NCBI GenBank assembly: GCA_002189035.1
Contig: NEEC01000010.1
Span: forward strand, 62,001 to 126,000
DNA: 64,000 nucleotides
Reading direction: 5' to 3'
Origin: Utricularia gibba
Taxonomy: Eukaryota; Plantae; Magnoliophyta
Below the pieces are notes generated by a model that worked only from the letters and a program-made list of their open reading frames with translations, was not told the DNA's origin and ran no database searches. Position 1 is the first letter of the stretch, and every line of letters starts with the position of its first letter. Positions 49,101 to 61,724 of this stretch are shown here, one piece after another. Position numbers and translations under genes: made by a program.

Positions 49101-50340
49101 CATTCCTTCTGCCTTGCGTGCGCCACCAAACTTTCTTTGCGTGCAAGTTTGCGCCCAATCATTGCTGCAGACTCTGACATGTCGTAAGTCAGGGGCCTTG
49201 ACTAGTGTCAGTCTTCCGCCCACAATCATTCCAACTCGCGTACAAGGCACGAAAACTGAAAGTCTGACCACCTGCAATACTCCTGCGACACTCTATGACA
49301 GTCTCCTGACATGTCTCGATCAAAGTGTGAGAAAAAAAACATAAAATATACACAAAATGGGAAAATAGGAATTTTCTAGTAAAAATCAAATACTTAATAA
49401 TAAGATTCCTAATTTGAGCGACTTCATACATAATTAACACATAATAATACCTAATAATTAACTAGAAAATGACACTTAACAATGATTGTCAATGTTTCAA
49501 TTCATTCATTCAAGTTGCAAGAGATCAACTTATCATTAACATGCTTGAAACAATAAAGGATCTTGTAATGGTGAGAATTCACTCCAATAGGATGAAAGCT
49601 AGAAATCGGATTGGACCATTATGTCCTAGTATTCAAAAGTTGCTAGAAAAAAATTTGTGAAGCACATGATGATCTTCCTTTACCATCATATGAGTTTTAC
49701 TGGCAAGTTGGAACTCAAGAGGAGCAATATAATGTAGATCTGGTGGGAAAGAAATGCAGTTGTAGACAATGGCAATTAATTGGTATTCCATGCACACATG
49801 CCATATGTGTGATTAGGTATGTGGGACATGATCCAATTAATTTTATCGATCCAATGCTTTTCAAAGAAATGCACCATGTTTTCTATAGTCTATCAATCCG
49901 CAGTATTGATTCTATGAAACTATGGATGTCAAGTGATAGAATTCCACCATTTACCCCTGTTTTTCTTAAGAGAGTTGGCAGGCCAAAAAAGAAAAGAATA
50001 AGAGCACCTTGTGAGCTATCATCGAAACAACAAGATCCAAGTAGATTAATTGGTATGAAACGGTGCAATAGGTGCTCACGTTGTGGTGAGTTTGGACACA
50101 ATATTCGTAAATGTGAGAATCCTCCAATGGCACCTACTGAAGAAAAAATTCCCAAAAAAAATGGTATGTTTTCGTATTTTTCTATTCTTTAAAATATGAA
50201 GTGTACTTTGTTTAATTCGTCATCGTAGTACTAATAAATTCAATTTTCTATTATATAGGGATGATCGTGCTCACAAAATCCATCTGCAACTCCAAGGAAG
50301 TAGGAGATCCAAGAACTAGAAATCAAAAAATAGCATTGAA
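46200..50340 (+). mobile_element. MULE-1 (MuDR-type) transposase pseudogene
   Basis: PB1-like N-terminus (IVMQYRGKL...WYKK...GLRLL), MuDR domain, IGLDGCFLKG...LLAAISIDPNNNIFPIAW, SWIM CSCRQWQLIGIPCTHA, knuckle CSRCGEFGHNIRKC. The second Asp reads Y (FISYR) and the Glu reads Q (NNGCQCFN). Multiple stops. Confidence 0.9.
48172..49481. mobile_element. Solo LTR (1310 bp) inserted in the MULE-1 catalytic domain
   Basis: TGTTG...TTAACA ends. Flanks ATGGT/ATGAT (4/5). Removing it restores LLNNGCQCFNSFIQVARD in frame. Confidence 0.88.
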
Positions 50341-50720
50341 ATGAATATCATGTTTTGATGAAAAAAATGAATATTATTTATGTTGATGTTATGCTTTCAT
50401 AGTATTATGGATATCTCTTTTGTTTGATTTACATCTTATTATGTGGTATTATGATGTTATTCTTATTTAAAATGAATTTATATGTTTTATGCAAATATCA
50501 TTATGATATGCACCAATTGTTTATTTTAATGAAATGATTTATATTTTATTCACACAAAGGAAGTGTGTAATATTTTTCGTCACAGGTAGTTTTCTAGAGT
50601 TCTCACTTTTTGGTGAACTCAATTCTGCAACATTACAAGAAGTATTATTGTAAGAAGTTTATTTAATTAATTTAAACATATATGAATGGTGAACATATTA
50701 TTATTTAATGCAATTTGCAG

Positions 50721-51366
50721 GACAATGATGGGAAGATTTAGTATTGAAAAGGTTTCAAATACGGAGTTATTTGATTGTCTCTGGTTTTACAGCTACCATG
50801 GTGCGAGTGATCGCACTAGTTTGATAAACAAACTACAGAAAAGATCAATCTTGAGAAGGACATATGTCATCACTCCAATAGTGCTTGAATATGTTTTAAT
50901 TTATTTCATATATTTTATTGAAGAAACTAATGATAGTTGTGTGCAGTAAACATTGGAGTTTGCTAGTGTTGTGCAACTTTGGAAACAAGGAAAAACCTAT
51001 AATGCTTCTTCTTGACCCCATAAAAAATCATCCAAATCAAAGTCAAATTGAAAAGGATGTTATGTTTACTATGTCATGAAATGATTACATGTACTAATAT
51101 TTTATTGATATGTTTGCTTGAAATTTACTTAAAACATTCAGTCAAGAAGAGTCATATGAGCATGTATCATATATACCTTTTTTTGAAGCCAAAGGTAAGA
51201 ACGTGTAATTATGAATATTTTCATATATTTAATCTTACAATATATTGCAATATAGGTGCCTCTACAAAGTGAATGGACTGAGTGCAGACTTTATATTTTG
51301 TACTATATCTATAGGTTCATAAAGGAAGCACCCGTTACTTTTGACTTTAAAGGATTTCCATACTTT
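50721..51366 (+). pseudogene. Ulp1-like (C48 peptidase) cargo gene of MULE-1
   Basis: Spliced fragments LFDCLWF...KRSILRRTYVITPIV, KHWSLLVLCNFG...MLLLDPI (acceptor 50946) and VPLQSEWTECRLYILYYIYRFIKEAP...FPYF (51256-51366). Confidence 0.8.
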
Positions 51367-51829
51367 GTAAGTTGATTATAATCCTTACACTTCATACCTC
51401 ATAGATAGATTACACAAAATATGTCTTACCAACGATATTCGATTGATTCCTTCTCCTTAAGTACTTGAGGTCAATCTTAGATTCTTCCACACATCCTTGG
51501 GTTATGTGGTACTAAATAGCACATTGGTAAAGAAAACATTGTGAAAAAAAGAATCAAATATCAAATTAAATGTAAAAAAACATGGTAAATCAATCATATG
51601 TATAGGACTTGCACAAGTATGGCTTCACTACAAATCCTTAATTGCAAGAGCTCATACGTGCATGCTTGACTTTAATATAAAATAAATAAGAAAATAGGAA
51701 AAATACAAAGAAAAATTGGTCAAAATATATCTCTAATAATTGAGAGAAGGATTGTTTATCGTAGGGTAAATACAAAATCTTCGTATTGGATAATGCAATA
51801 CTTGTTGCTGGTTGTCTTTTCGGCATGAT

Positions 51830-52030
51830 TAGGGACGGATATGAATAACCTTACACACATGCTAGATACATCAGACGAGCTATGGAATGAATTGAAACAT
51901 AAGGCATGCCCTTATTACAATGATTTAGGAGATATTCAGAAAAGATAGAGCTATGGGAGAAAGATCCTTGCAAATTGATGAAGTAATTCATCAATTTGCT
52001 CGAGAGAATGCAAGCATTTATGAGAAAAAG
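51830..52030 (+). mobile_element. Small Copia gag fragment
   Basis: MLDTSDELWNELK resembles Copia gag (DMWNELK). Confidence 0.4.
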
Positions 52031-52039
52031 GCCGAGAGC

Positions 52040-54631
52040 TAATATTTTATTGATTTGGTTGCTGCAGATCCTTGAGAATATACGAGATCCACATTAATTC
52101 GGTCGTAGCGGACACCAGGCTCCGGTACTCCGCTTCCGTGGAAGACCGAGAAATGGTGGCCTGTTTTTTTGTTTTCCAAGAAATGTGACGACCACCCAAA
52201 AGCATGCAGAAACCAGTAAAAGATCTCCTTGTGATCGCACACGCCCCCAATCAGCATAGAGATCCAAATTCCATTTGGCAAAGTAAAACAAACCATGAGA
52301 GGTGGTCCTTAATAGGTATGCGACGATGCGCTTGGCCGTATGAAGGTGATCCTCAGACGGTGCCTGCATAAATTAGGATAACTGTTGAACAGGAATGCGA
52401 TATTCGGGCAGATAAAGCTCAAATACAATAGGCGACCAATGAGGGTTCGAAACACATCCGGATCCGAGAGGAGGGGACTGTCATCTGAGAACTTGAAGTT
52501 GCGAGGCAGCTGAGCAAGGATCTCCCTGTCCTCCAAGCCATGAGACCCAACACTCTACACAATATCAGAAGTATATTTCCGCTGTGAAAGATGAAGACCT
52601 TCAGGTGTTCGAACTAATTCCACACCAAGAAAAAAACTAGCAGGGCTGATGTCCTTGATGGTAAACTGGCGATGGAGATGGCGCTTTAACCCATTAATCT
52701 CATCAAGGTTGGGCCCTACTAGAATAATATCGTCCGCATAGATCAAGGCCAAGAAGTTGCCAGCAGATCCTTTCACAAAAAGACACGGGTCAGAAACAGA
52801 TTGAGGAAAGCCAAGGGTCCCAAGGAAATGAGTTAGCTCAAGGTTCCATTGGCAAGATGCCTGTCAAAGTCCGTATAACAAGCAATGTAACTTGCAAACA
52901 AGTCCCTCATGAATAGCATACTCGAGGGGCATCCATGTATATATCCTCATCAAGGTACCCATATCGAAAGGTATTGTTCACATCAACCAGATGAATATGC
53001 CAATTGTGCTTAGCACTCACGACATACGGACAGTGGTTACCTTAGCCATGGGTGCAAAGTGGTCGGTGAAATCTACACCAGCAACCTAAGTGTAGCCCTT
53101 GGCCACAAGGCAGGCCTTGTGGCACCCTATAGAGTCATCGGCATGTCGCTTAACCTTATAAACCCATTTACATCCAATGGATCGCTTATCCGGATGCAAG
53201 GAAACAAGAGTCCATGTGTGACTGGCAAGGAAGGCCTCCAACTCATGAGACATGGCTGCCTCCCAAACCGAAATACCCTTAGCATGCTCATAGCTAGGAG
53301 GTTCACCGAGCATATACACGGGTTCATGGGACGCAGTATCAAAGGAATGAAGCTGAAGTGACACATAGTCCTGCATCCATCTTGGAGGATGAGTGGGACG
53401 AGAACTGCGCCAGCAACCAAATCCCTCATCCACGGTGTCGGGAATGACAGAATCATCCGAGGACACGGAGAGAGGAGCCGAAGGCTGTGACATAGAAGGA
53501 GACATGGTGGGAGCCATGGGAGATGATGGGGAGACAAAGTCCCTAGTACGGGCAGAATATGGCAGGAAGTTCTCATCGTCACGAGAGAGCACGAAAGGCA
53601 GGGCAGAGTCCATGTCGGGAGCATCCTCTGTGCGACCCCTTTAAGGGAAAAATGTGTTCGAAAAATTTGACATCCCTACTAATGGATACCTCTTGGAAAG
53701 CCACATCATAACACTTGAGACCATCAAAGATATTGGAAAACCTAGGAATGATGTCCTTCGGAGTAATGAAGACTCGATGGATGTTTGAGTTATACCTCTT
53801 GTGATGGTGCCAGAAAATGAAGGAGCTGAAGTTGATGATCATGCTCCAGAAGTACCTTACAATCATGAAGAACCAGAGATTGCTAGTAATGAAGATGGTG
53901 TGGTTCAACAATCATCAAGTTGCACTAAAGGTTCCTCTGTGCACACAAGATTAGGAAGGATTGTGTGGCACCCTACTAGATTTTATTCATATGAGTTTAC
54001 CAGAGCAATGTTTGGGTGATCAGAGCCACTTAGCACCAACGGATCGGAATGATCAATAAAGGCACTAGCACCGTAACCGGACAGAATTGGTTCACCAGCC
54101 ACTTCAGTCATCTTTGTGAACAAGAATTGAAGATATGTTGTGCAGTTGTTTGGAGCAACGTTGGTGCTTGAGCTTGGGAAGTAGATTTCAAAAGACGGTA
54201 CAACAACAGGTAAGACCTGGGAGTATTTAAACTACTTCCTATGAAAGAGTCGACCGTTGCGGTAGATAGTAGGCTTCATTTGATTATTTGGATCTTTGGG
54301 CTTTTCTAAGTTGATGTCGGGCCTCATTCTCTAGTCAACCCAGGTTTCCCTCTCCTCCAGAATCGCAGCATTACAGATCGACGCTGGTGTGTTGAGTTCT
54401 TCAGGATGGAGCGCTGATGCAGCACAATCTAACAGAAATCACCGGGAAGTCAGAGAAGTTTGCTCCACGCTCACCACACCATGTGCGAACGTAAACCGAC
54501 GATAGAAACGAAGAAGAAACGATATTGGGAACAAAATTCAATTTCTGTTGTTGTTGGAAAACATGTGCTAGCTCAGCTAATGTAGTAGAGTTAGCTTACG
54601 TACAGTGCGGTTATAACCGCTAAGTACAACA
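52040..54631 (-). mobile_element. Copia-C: 150-bp 5' LTR (54631->54482), gag start, internal deletion, integrase C-terminus, RT, RNase H; no 3' LTR
   Basis: TGTTG...CA LTR followed by TGGTGTGGTGAGC. SDPLVLSGSDHPNIALVN (gag). ISRDVKFFEHIFP. IGCKWVYKVK...HKACLVAKGYT. ALIYADDIIL (RT). HISWKTKKQATISRSSTEAEYR (RNase H). Confidence 0.88.
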
Positions 54632-54639
54632 CTTACTTC

Positions 54640-55930
54640 ATGGACTTTAAGCAATCTCCTAATTCCAATATTTCAGACCCAAAGACAAACTCCAAGGAGT
54701 GATATAGCAAGGAACCGGACATCTCTAATGTCAAATGTACTGGGCAAACAAGTAGTAGAAAAAGAATATGAACGTAGATGAATCGTTCAGAGCTAAAATG
54801 AGGGCAATGCATAATGAAACTTGAGCTGACCTTTATTGGAAGTCTGAATAAGGTCAGTGGTAGAATAGATGATTTCCAATGTGGTAATGAGGGTTGACAT
54901 GATATTTTTGCTGATGTTGCTGTTTGAGAATGGATGTTATTGGAGATTTGGATATTGTATTGAGGTTTTTTAGCTATAAAAATAGCATTTTTCTCCTTTA
55001 CAACGAAGCCATATTTATAGAACAGAAAAATAGCCGTTAGGCTGTGTGATTCGCGATATCTTATCCTCTGAGAATTTCTGTTTCCGTTCTCCTTCAGCAG
55101 AACGGTCATCTCGTGGGAGAGGATGCTCTCTACTGGATTGGGCTTGGGACATTGCAGGGCTCAACGAACTTCTGCTTGCATATATGACCTGGTATACTGT
55201 TTATTGGGCCCATAACAATAAGTCCAGTGTCTGTATTTTCCCTCTGATTTCTGGTGATGGACTTTCTGCGACAGTTTTCCTCCCTCGCATCGTTTCCCTT
55301 CGGCTCACGCTCTTCTGCCTCAGGTCCCTGGTGCTTCTGATTTTTCTCAGTTTCAACATCACCGTCCAACAACCTTCGTGTCATTAGCACGCAAATGGGC
55401 GAACTCAGTGGAATGCAAACAAGGGTAGTGGAGATCATCCGAAAAATGGCACTCCATAATCATCGAGATCATTGCATCGAATGTAAGTGCTTTGTTACTG
55501 TCACCGATGACGAGGATGAGAGCACTGTGCTCAATATTGCTGGCAAAAATGAGCAGTAGTTTTAAATTAGGTTCATTTGTTTTTGGATGTTGACTGCTAG
55601 TTATTTTTGGAGAAGTTAAAGACTTCTCTTTATCCATATCCATTTCACATTTAAACTTGGTTGTTTGAGATACTTGTCTTCCGTTAAAAAAACAAAATTG
55701 TCATGTTTTAGATAAGTAAAAATGTACTTGTAATGGAGAATAAAACAACACTGAATTTGCATGAGTTCAAACTATGAAAAGCCTTCAACCTCCTCCTACA
55801 GTTCTGCCGAAGCATAATTTTCGTGCCAAGCATCGGCGCTTTGCACCCTTGACATATCCTCCTCCTCCAAGATCTCAAGGTTACCGTCCTCATCCTTCAA
55901 GCTGGTTTTCAAGTGGAACCCCGAGGAATG
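54640..55930 (-). other. Unidentified decayed coding-like fragments
   Basis: Minus-strand peptides FHLKTSLKDEDGNLEILEEEDMSRV (PB1-like), ALILVIGDSNKALTFDAMISMIMECHF and STFDIRDVRFLAISLLGVCLW. Not assignable by eye. Confidence 0.3.
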
Positions 55931-56903
55931 TATTTTGATTGGTTCCAAAATATTTTAATAATAAATACAATTAATTGTTACACATGCAATTATTGATCAA
56001 CTCAATCGTGGGCTTTCAAGAAATCTACCTACTATGATTTTACATATGGCGACATGGGGCCAAAAATGGAAAGAGAGAAAGTTAATCTGACAAATTTTTT
56101 TATTTATATGTAGGTAATCATTCATTGTATGATTTTTTTTTTTTTTTTTTTGGTATGAATAGCAATTAACGATACCCATATTTATAAATGATCCTACAAA
56201 TCTACTGATCATTTCTCATCTTTACCCTCTATTTGTTTCTAATTATATATATACACATTACATTCATATTATACTATACTATAAAATTTATTAAAATTAA
56301 ATATATGACTATAAAAATTTCGAAAAATTTTAAAAAATTATTAAAAATCTTTTTGTTTTATTAATTTTAATATTCTTTGTTTTCAATATCCATTTATCAT
56401 TTAAATTTTGGATTGTGATTGCTAATAAACATTAGACTTTAAAAAAGAATGTACATTTTAAAATATTTAAGATTTTTAGTATAGATATTAAAAATAAATT
56501 GAAGTTAAAAAATAATGATAATTTGAAAAAAATGTGAAATAAAAAAGAGTCAGTATTAAAATGTTTAAGAAAAACAAGAAAGTGATTAATAACACGTTAC
56601 ATGTAAAATTAAATTTTTGTACGTTTACATTAAAGTGGTTATATTTTTCATAGTGGAAATTTAGGATTTGTTGTCGGATGGATAGGTTTGGATGGTTTGG
56701 ATGAGACTGCCTCCTCCAGATTCCTTCACTCATGACAATCTTCCAATAGGGGAAGAGTCCACAGATTTCTTCTTACTTTCCTGATGTGATGGGGGTAAAA
56801 TATCATATTCAGCATTATTTCTTTATAAAATATTTACAAAGTACCTTATGTCTAGTTATCATAAAAAAATAAAAGTATTGAAAACTTAATTTCTAAACTT
56901 TAA

Positions 56904-57196
56904 GATAGTATTTAGTAGGTGATTTATTGGTTTTAAAATATGTTTTATTTAACATGTGCGTTTAGTTATAGGTTTTAAATTAAATCAGTAGTTTAATTTA
57001 AAATTGATTTAAGATAAATTAAAACTACGTGAGAGAATGATATATTTTCTATTAAACAATACATTTATTTCTAATTGACTCTTATCTCTTCGTTACTTAT
57101 AAATAAATATAAAATCAATTATTTAATCACAATTTAAACATCTTTTCATCACAGCATATAACACGTCAGATCGAAATCTATCTACCAAACACGAGC
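56904..57196. mobile_element. Possible degenerate Tourist-like MITE
   Basis: Right end TACCAAACACGAGC is Harbinger-TIR-like. Left end GATAGTATTTAGTAG matches only partly. Flanks TAA/TGA. AT-rich interior. Confidence 0.35.
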
Positions 57197-57639
57197 TGAT
57201 TGGTCAAATATCATTCTACGGAAAAAACATTTGCTGAATAGCAAACAATTGAAACATATTTGTAAAATAGCATTTTCATATATATTACTCTATTTTATAA
57301 CAAAAAAATACAAATAAAATTCAGTACATTATATTTAGTATTTTATACATAAAATATATATTATACTAATTAAAATCATCCATATTTATTATTTATATTA
57401 AATGTTAAAGTATTTTTGCTATAACATTAATAAAAAATTTTACAATCAATTTTTTTTAATTATAACAAATATAATGATTGATATCTAATGATATCTCATT
57501 GTAATAATAATTCCACAAAATGAATGAATAATTCCCTTCATTTTTGCACACTGGTCAAATTATTTCAGAAGTCCAAAAATGGTGAAATTTCAAAAAAAAA
57601 AAAAAATCAACTTGAGTTGGTTGAGTATGCATATTTTTT

Positions 57640-58045
57640 AATTGCACATTTCAATAGATATGTGTAGACATAGAATTGCAAATTTTTTATTTTAAATTGG
57701 TATTAATAGTCGATCATTAGTTATTACTTGAATCCAGTGCATATTTTTTATATTTGAATTTTTATTATCATTCGATAGGTAAATGTTATTTTGATTTAGT
57801 ATATATTTTTTATTTTAAATTTATATCAAAGTTAAATCTTTAGGTGCTTTCAGATCAAGTAAATATTTTTTATTTTAAATTTGTATTAGTATTTCATCTT
57901 TAGATATTAATTGAATCTAATGAGTATTTTTTATTTTTAATTTATATTAATGCTCAATCTTTAGATATTATTTAGATCAAATACATATTTTTTTATTTTA
58001 AATTAATAATAACACTTGATTTTTAAGTGTTATTTGAATCAAGTG
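57640..58045 (-). repeat. ~58-60 bp tandem array (array B), same family as 985-1265 in inverted orientation
   Basis: About 7 units of ATATTTTTT(T)ATTTTAAATT...TCTTTAG...TTGAATC. The reverse complement of 57969-58004 nearly equals 1007-1040. Confidence 0.8.
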
Positions 58046-58329
58046 AGTCTCCCACATGGATGTGGATTAAACTGTAACTCATGGCTTCATTCAGTTTTTG
58101 GTTGAGAAAAGGAAAATTGCATTCGGGCATGGTTAAAACTATTACCGATAATATTCATGCAAATTAATAATATTTTCATTTATGTAATTAATAATATTGG
58201 TTATAGGAACAAAATCATCATACATTCTAACTGCGATCATGCATAATGTTTTTGAAAAATCTCAGAATTTTTTACTTTGGTTGTCTCTAAGGTTGTGAAG
58301 TAGTGGATGATGTCATGTAGCACGACATT

Positions 58330-60620
58330 GACTCACCTGTAGATACCACATTGTGAAATGAATGTCTTGCCACTTGACTAGTTGCACATCATTCAGCTTG
58401 TGTGTTCAAGTCATGTGGATAGTAAGAGAAATGTCGTGGTGCTTTAGTTAACTATTTTCTCCCATTCTTCCTAATCTTGTGAGTCTTAGTTTTCGTTCTC
58501 CTATAGATGATCTTCTTATTGATCCAAGAGCTTCAAAATCCATTACCCCATGCATTTGAGTTGTCTTTTCACAACCGGCATGCTGTCGTTCACCTCGTGT
58601 GATCAGGTTTGGAGCTAACATGAATGGGGCATCATCCCACATTAGCTGGTCCCAAAGGGGGTGATTCACTAGAGTAAGTAGCAACTAGAGCCTTAACAAA
58701 ATAAAATCTATTAATGAATTTTCTAGGACTTATGGAGAAACAATGGCATGCCTGCACAAGAAAAGAATAATTAATCATATTTTTTAAAAAATAACTATAT
58801 TGGTAAGTGGTATATATTGAGCATGAGAGCACAGAATTCTTGCACTCTTCTAAAACCCACAAGTGCATGTTCGATACGATATGTCGACAAGGTGGACCTT
58901 GTTTTGATGTGGGTCTATTTCAATGACAGATGGTGTCATCGTCTGTCGGCTATACTCCTCAAGCATAAGACCATGAAGATTTTTTTATCCCAATTGAAAT
59001 ACCTTTTCGCTTTTCTCTGCGCATAGTTGCCTTTTATTTGCAAGAGTCTCAGCTATTTTGCGACGATCCTCAAAATATTCTTTTCCCTTCATGAATATGA
59101 CCTACATAAGAAATACAACACAGTCAGCTTTCAAACTATTTATAAACAATGAGAGCAAAGTATGAACCTTCGCAATTATAGTTGAGGAAGGCGTTCAGTT
59201 TCACGAAACACTCCATTTATTGACTCAACATGATTCATTGTCATGATCCCATACCTGTTCATTAAGGCATAAATGATCTTTGCAGTGCGATGCAATAAGA
59301 ATGATGATTACCTCATACCACTATCGTGTGATAATGTCCACATATCTAAAGGAATATTCATTAGGTATTTATAGATTCCAGGATTCGTTTAGTAGATCAC
59401 ACCCATCAAACATTCAAATTCCTCAACACGTGGTGTTATGCCTGCAGCCCAAACCAAACCATGCAAATGTTTGCTCCTTTTATGTGTGTAACAGTTGGAT
59501 CTGACACTCGACGATAAAATCAGTGGTATCCATATGACGGCCAAAAACTAGGGACCACATCCAAGGCGACCAATAATCTAGAGCATCTATCACTAATTAA
59601 GCATATGAGATGATGACCACGTATAATATGAACTTGTAATTGTTCTAAAAACCAGATCCATGCAGAATCTGACTCTTCATCCACTAAAGCATAGTCTAAT
59701 GGGAGAGCATGCCCACAAACATCCATGGCCATGGAAATTAGTAGTTTGTATTTATATTGGCGATATAAATGTGTCCCATCTACTTGTATGACTAGACGAC
59801 ATTATTTGTATGTAGCAATATATGGCGCAAATGCCCAGAAAACATAGTGTAGAACCAGCCTTCCCCTATTATCACTAACGTTTTTCCAAATTATCACAAA
59901 CTAGGATTTTGCCTCTCCAGTTCTTGCAAATACTTTGGAAATTCTCTTGTAGAATCCTACCAAGTGTTGTACACAAGCTCATAATCTCATATCAAGATGG
60001 ACCAACCCTTCCAGTAAGAGATTTTGAATTTAAATTGTTGTAGGACTTCCCCTGTATTGTGGAAGCCTTGATTCTTGGTCGGTTTACATGTTCCTATGCT
60101 AAGGAACTCCGAACATTACACGTGTGAGGTTCTTGGAAATCCGTAATCTTCCATAATTTTTTCCGATTTTGGAAGCGTGCGTTCAAGTGCCATGGACATC
60201 TGAATTTTTTTCCCAATTTTGGTGGCAAATGAGATGGTAGATTGAATTACTGCTTCTAGACACATGAAACTCTATTCTCACCATAAAAATAGAGTACTTT
60301 GTGATTGCATCTTTGAACTCAGCCCTACTGTAAAAGAAATCTGGAAGCAAGAAGCATTGTGGTGGCATTATAAGATGAACCAATTTTCAGAAGATCAGTT
60401 GAGTTCTGCCACATTGGTGGTATGCGCCCAATTGGAAGAGGTTCATTGTTGGGCTCACTATCATATTCGACCATTTGTAAATCATCATCCTCACTTCATA
60501 GAGTGTCTGGAATAATCTCGCTCTCAGAATATGTAAAAGGGATATTATCTTGCAATAAGATGAATGCACGTTCCTATAATAAACCCTTGTCACATGATGT
60601 CAAAATTGTTTACAAATAAT
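58330..60620 (-). mobile_element. MULE-2 transposase remnant
   Basis: FYSRAEFKDAITKYSI (MuDR domain), AMDVCGHALPLDYALVDEESDSAWIWFLEQL...LISDR (MULE domain), decayed SWIM, and LAPNLITRGER...QMHGVMD C-terminal motif. Confidence 0.8.
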
Positions 60621-61199
60621 GAAATCGTAAATATCATAGATTTGATAGTTTTAACTCAATTCCACAAAATATTACAAATTTAATGATTTCAAATCTATAT
60701 TATAAATTTAATGAATTCAAGAAAGAAGAAGAACTTAAAGCGAAAAAAAGATACATGAAAATATATTACAATAATTAAAAGAATTTTCCAAATTCACGAT
60801 CAATTTTATTGATAAATTTGGCTTTTTTAAAAAGATTGCATTTACATCAATGTGATTTAGTTGATATTATTCAAAATATGGACATTTGTCTATATATTAT
60901 TCAACTAATTGATTTTTCATAAAGAATTATCAAGCTATTTGGACAACTTTAAATTTTTAAAGGTTGTTTGATAAAAAAACATCAAGTGATGGTATAATGG
61001 ATCATAGATCAACTTAAGTTTATTTTTTTTCAAATGGTTATCTTTTTTAAATATAAAGAATGAAACTTTTGTGATGATTGGAAAATTGAGTAAGAAAAAA
61101 CAATTCATACTTTTTAAGATTAATGTATTTTAAAAAACAACTTCATATATATAGTTGACAAATGGATTTATATTAATTTGAAAAAAATAAGTATTAATG

Positions 61200-61600
61200 A
61201 AACACATCAATATAATTGTTGATAAAAACTTATATAAGATAGCCATAAAAACAAAAAATGCCTATCAAATATAATACTGATGAAAACTTATATTGTACAA
61301 CTAGCCAGAAAATCATTGCATTTGATAAATATAATTTTGGTCAAAACTTATACAGTATATATAAAAGCACTATGTTTGTCAAATGGAATTGTGTAAAACT
61401 TATTTTGGTGAAAACTTATGCATGATCATTATGTAGCAAAGTATCATATTTACTAAATTTAGTATTGGTAAAAACATATGCAGTATTGATGCATAGAAAA
61501 GCACAACATTTACCATATTCGATGTTAATAAAAATTATTCATAACAATTATACACTTATAATATAACCATATCTATGAAATTCGATGTTGATGAAATAAA
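61200..61600. repeat. ~60 bp degenerate tandem array upstream of MULE-2
   Basis: AAAACTTAT-like core at ~61225, 61285, 61345, 61412, 61471 and 61531. Confidence 0.7.
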
Positions 61601-61724
61601 TAAAAGACATTTGCATTTGTATTACAACAATAATATTTTGAATGTATTTTAAAATTTTCATTCATTTAAACAAAAATAACTTATGCTATCTAAAGAATAA
61701 TTTGTTTGTATTATTGGATTAATG

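Noticed and set aside
48068-49344. Long ORFs (up to 195 aa) inside the solo LTR as an LTR-encoded gene
   Set aside because: They overlap on both strands, have no recognisable domain, and are typical of GC-richer LTR sequence.
15590-57196. TACCAAACACG at 57183-57193 as the right TIR of the Harbinger starting at 15590
   Set aside because: It is 41 kb away, the terminal bases mismatch, the flank is TGA rather than TAA, and a local MITE explains it better.
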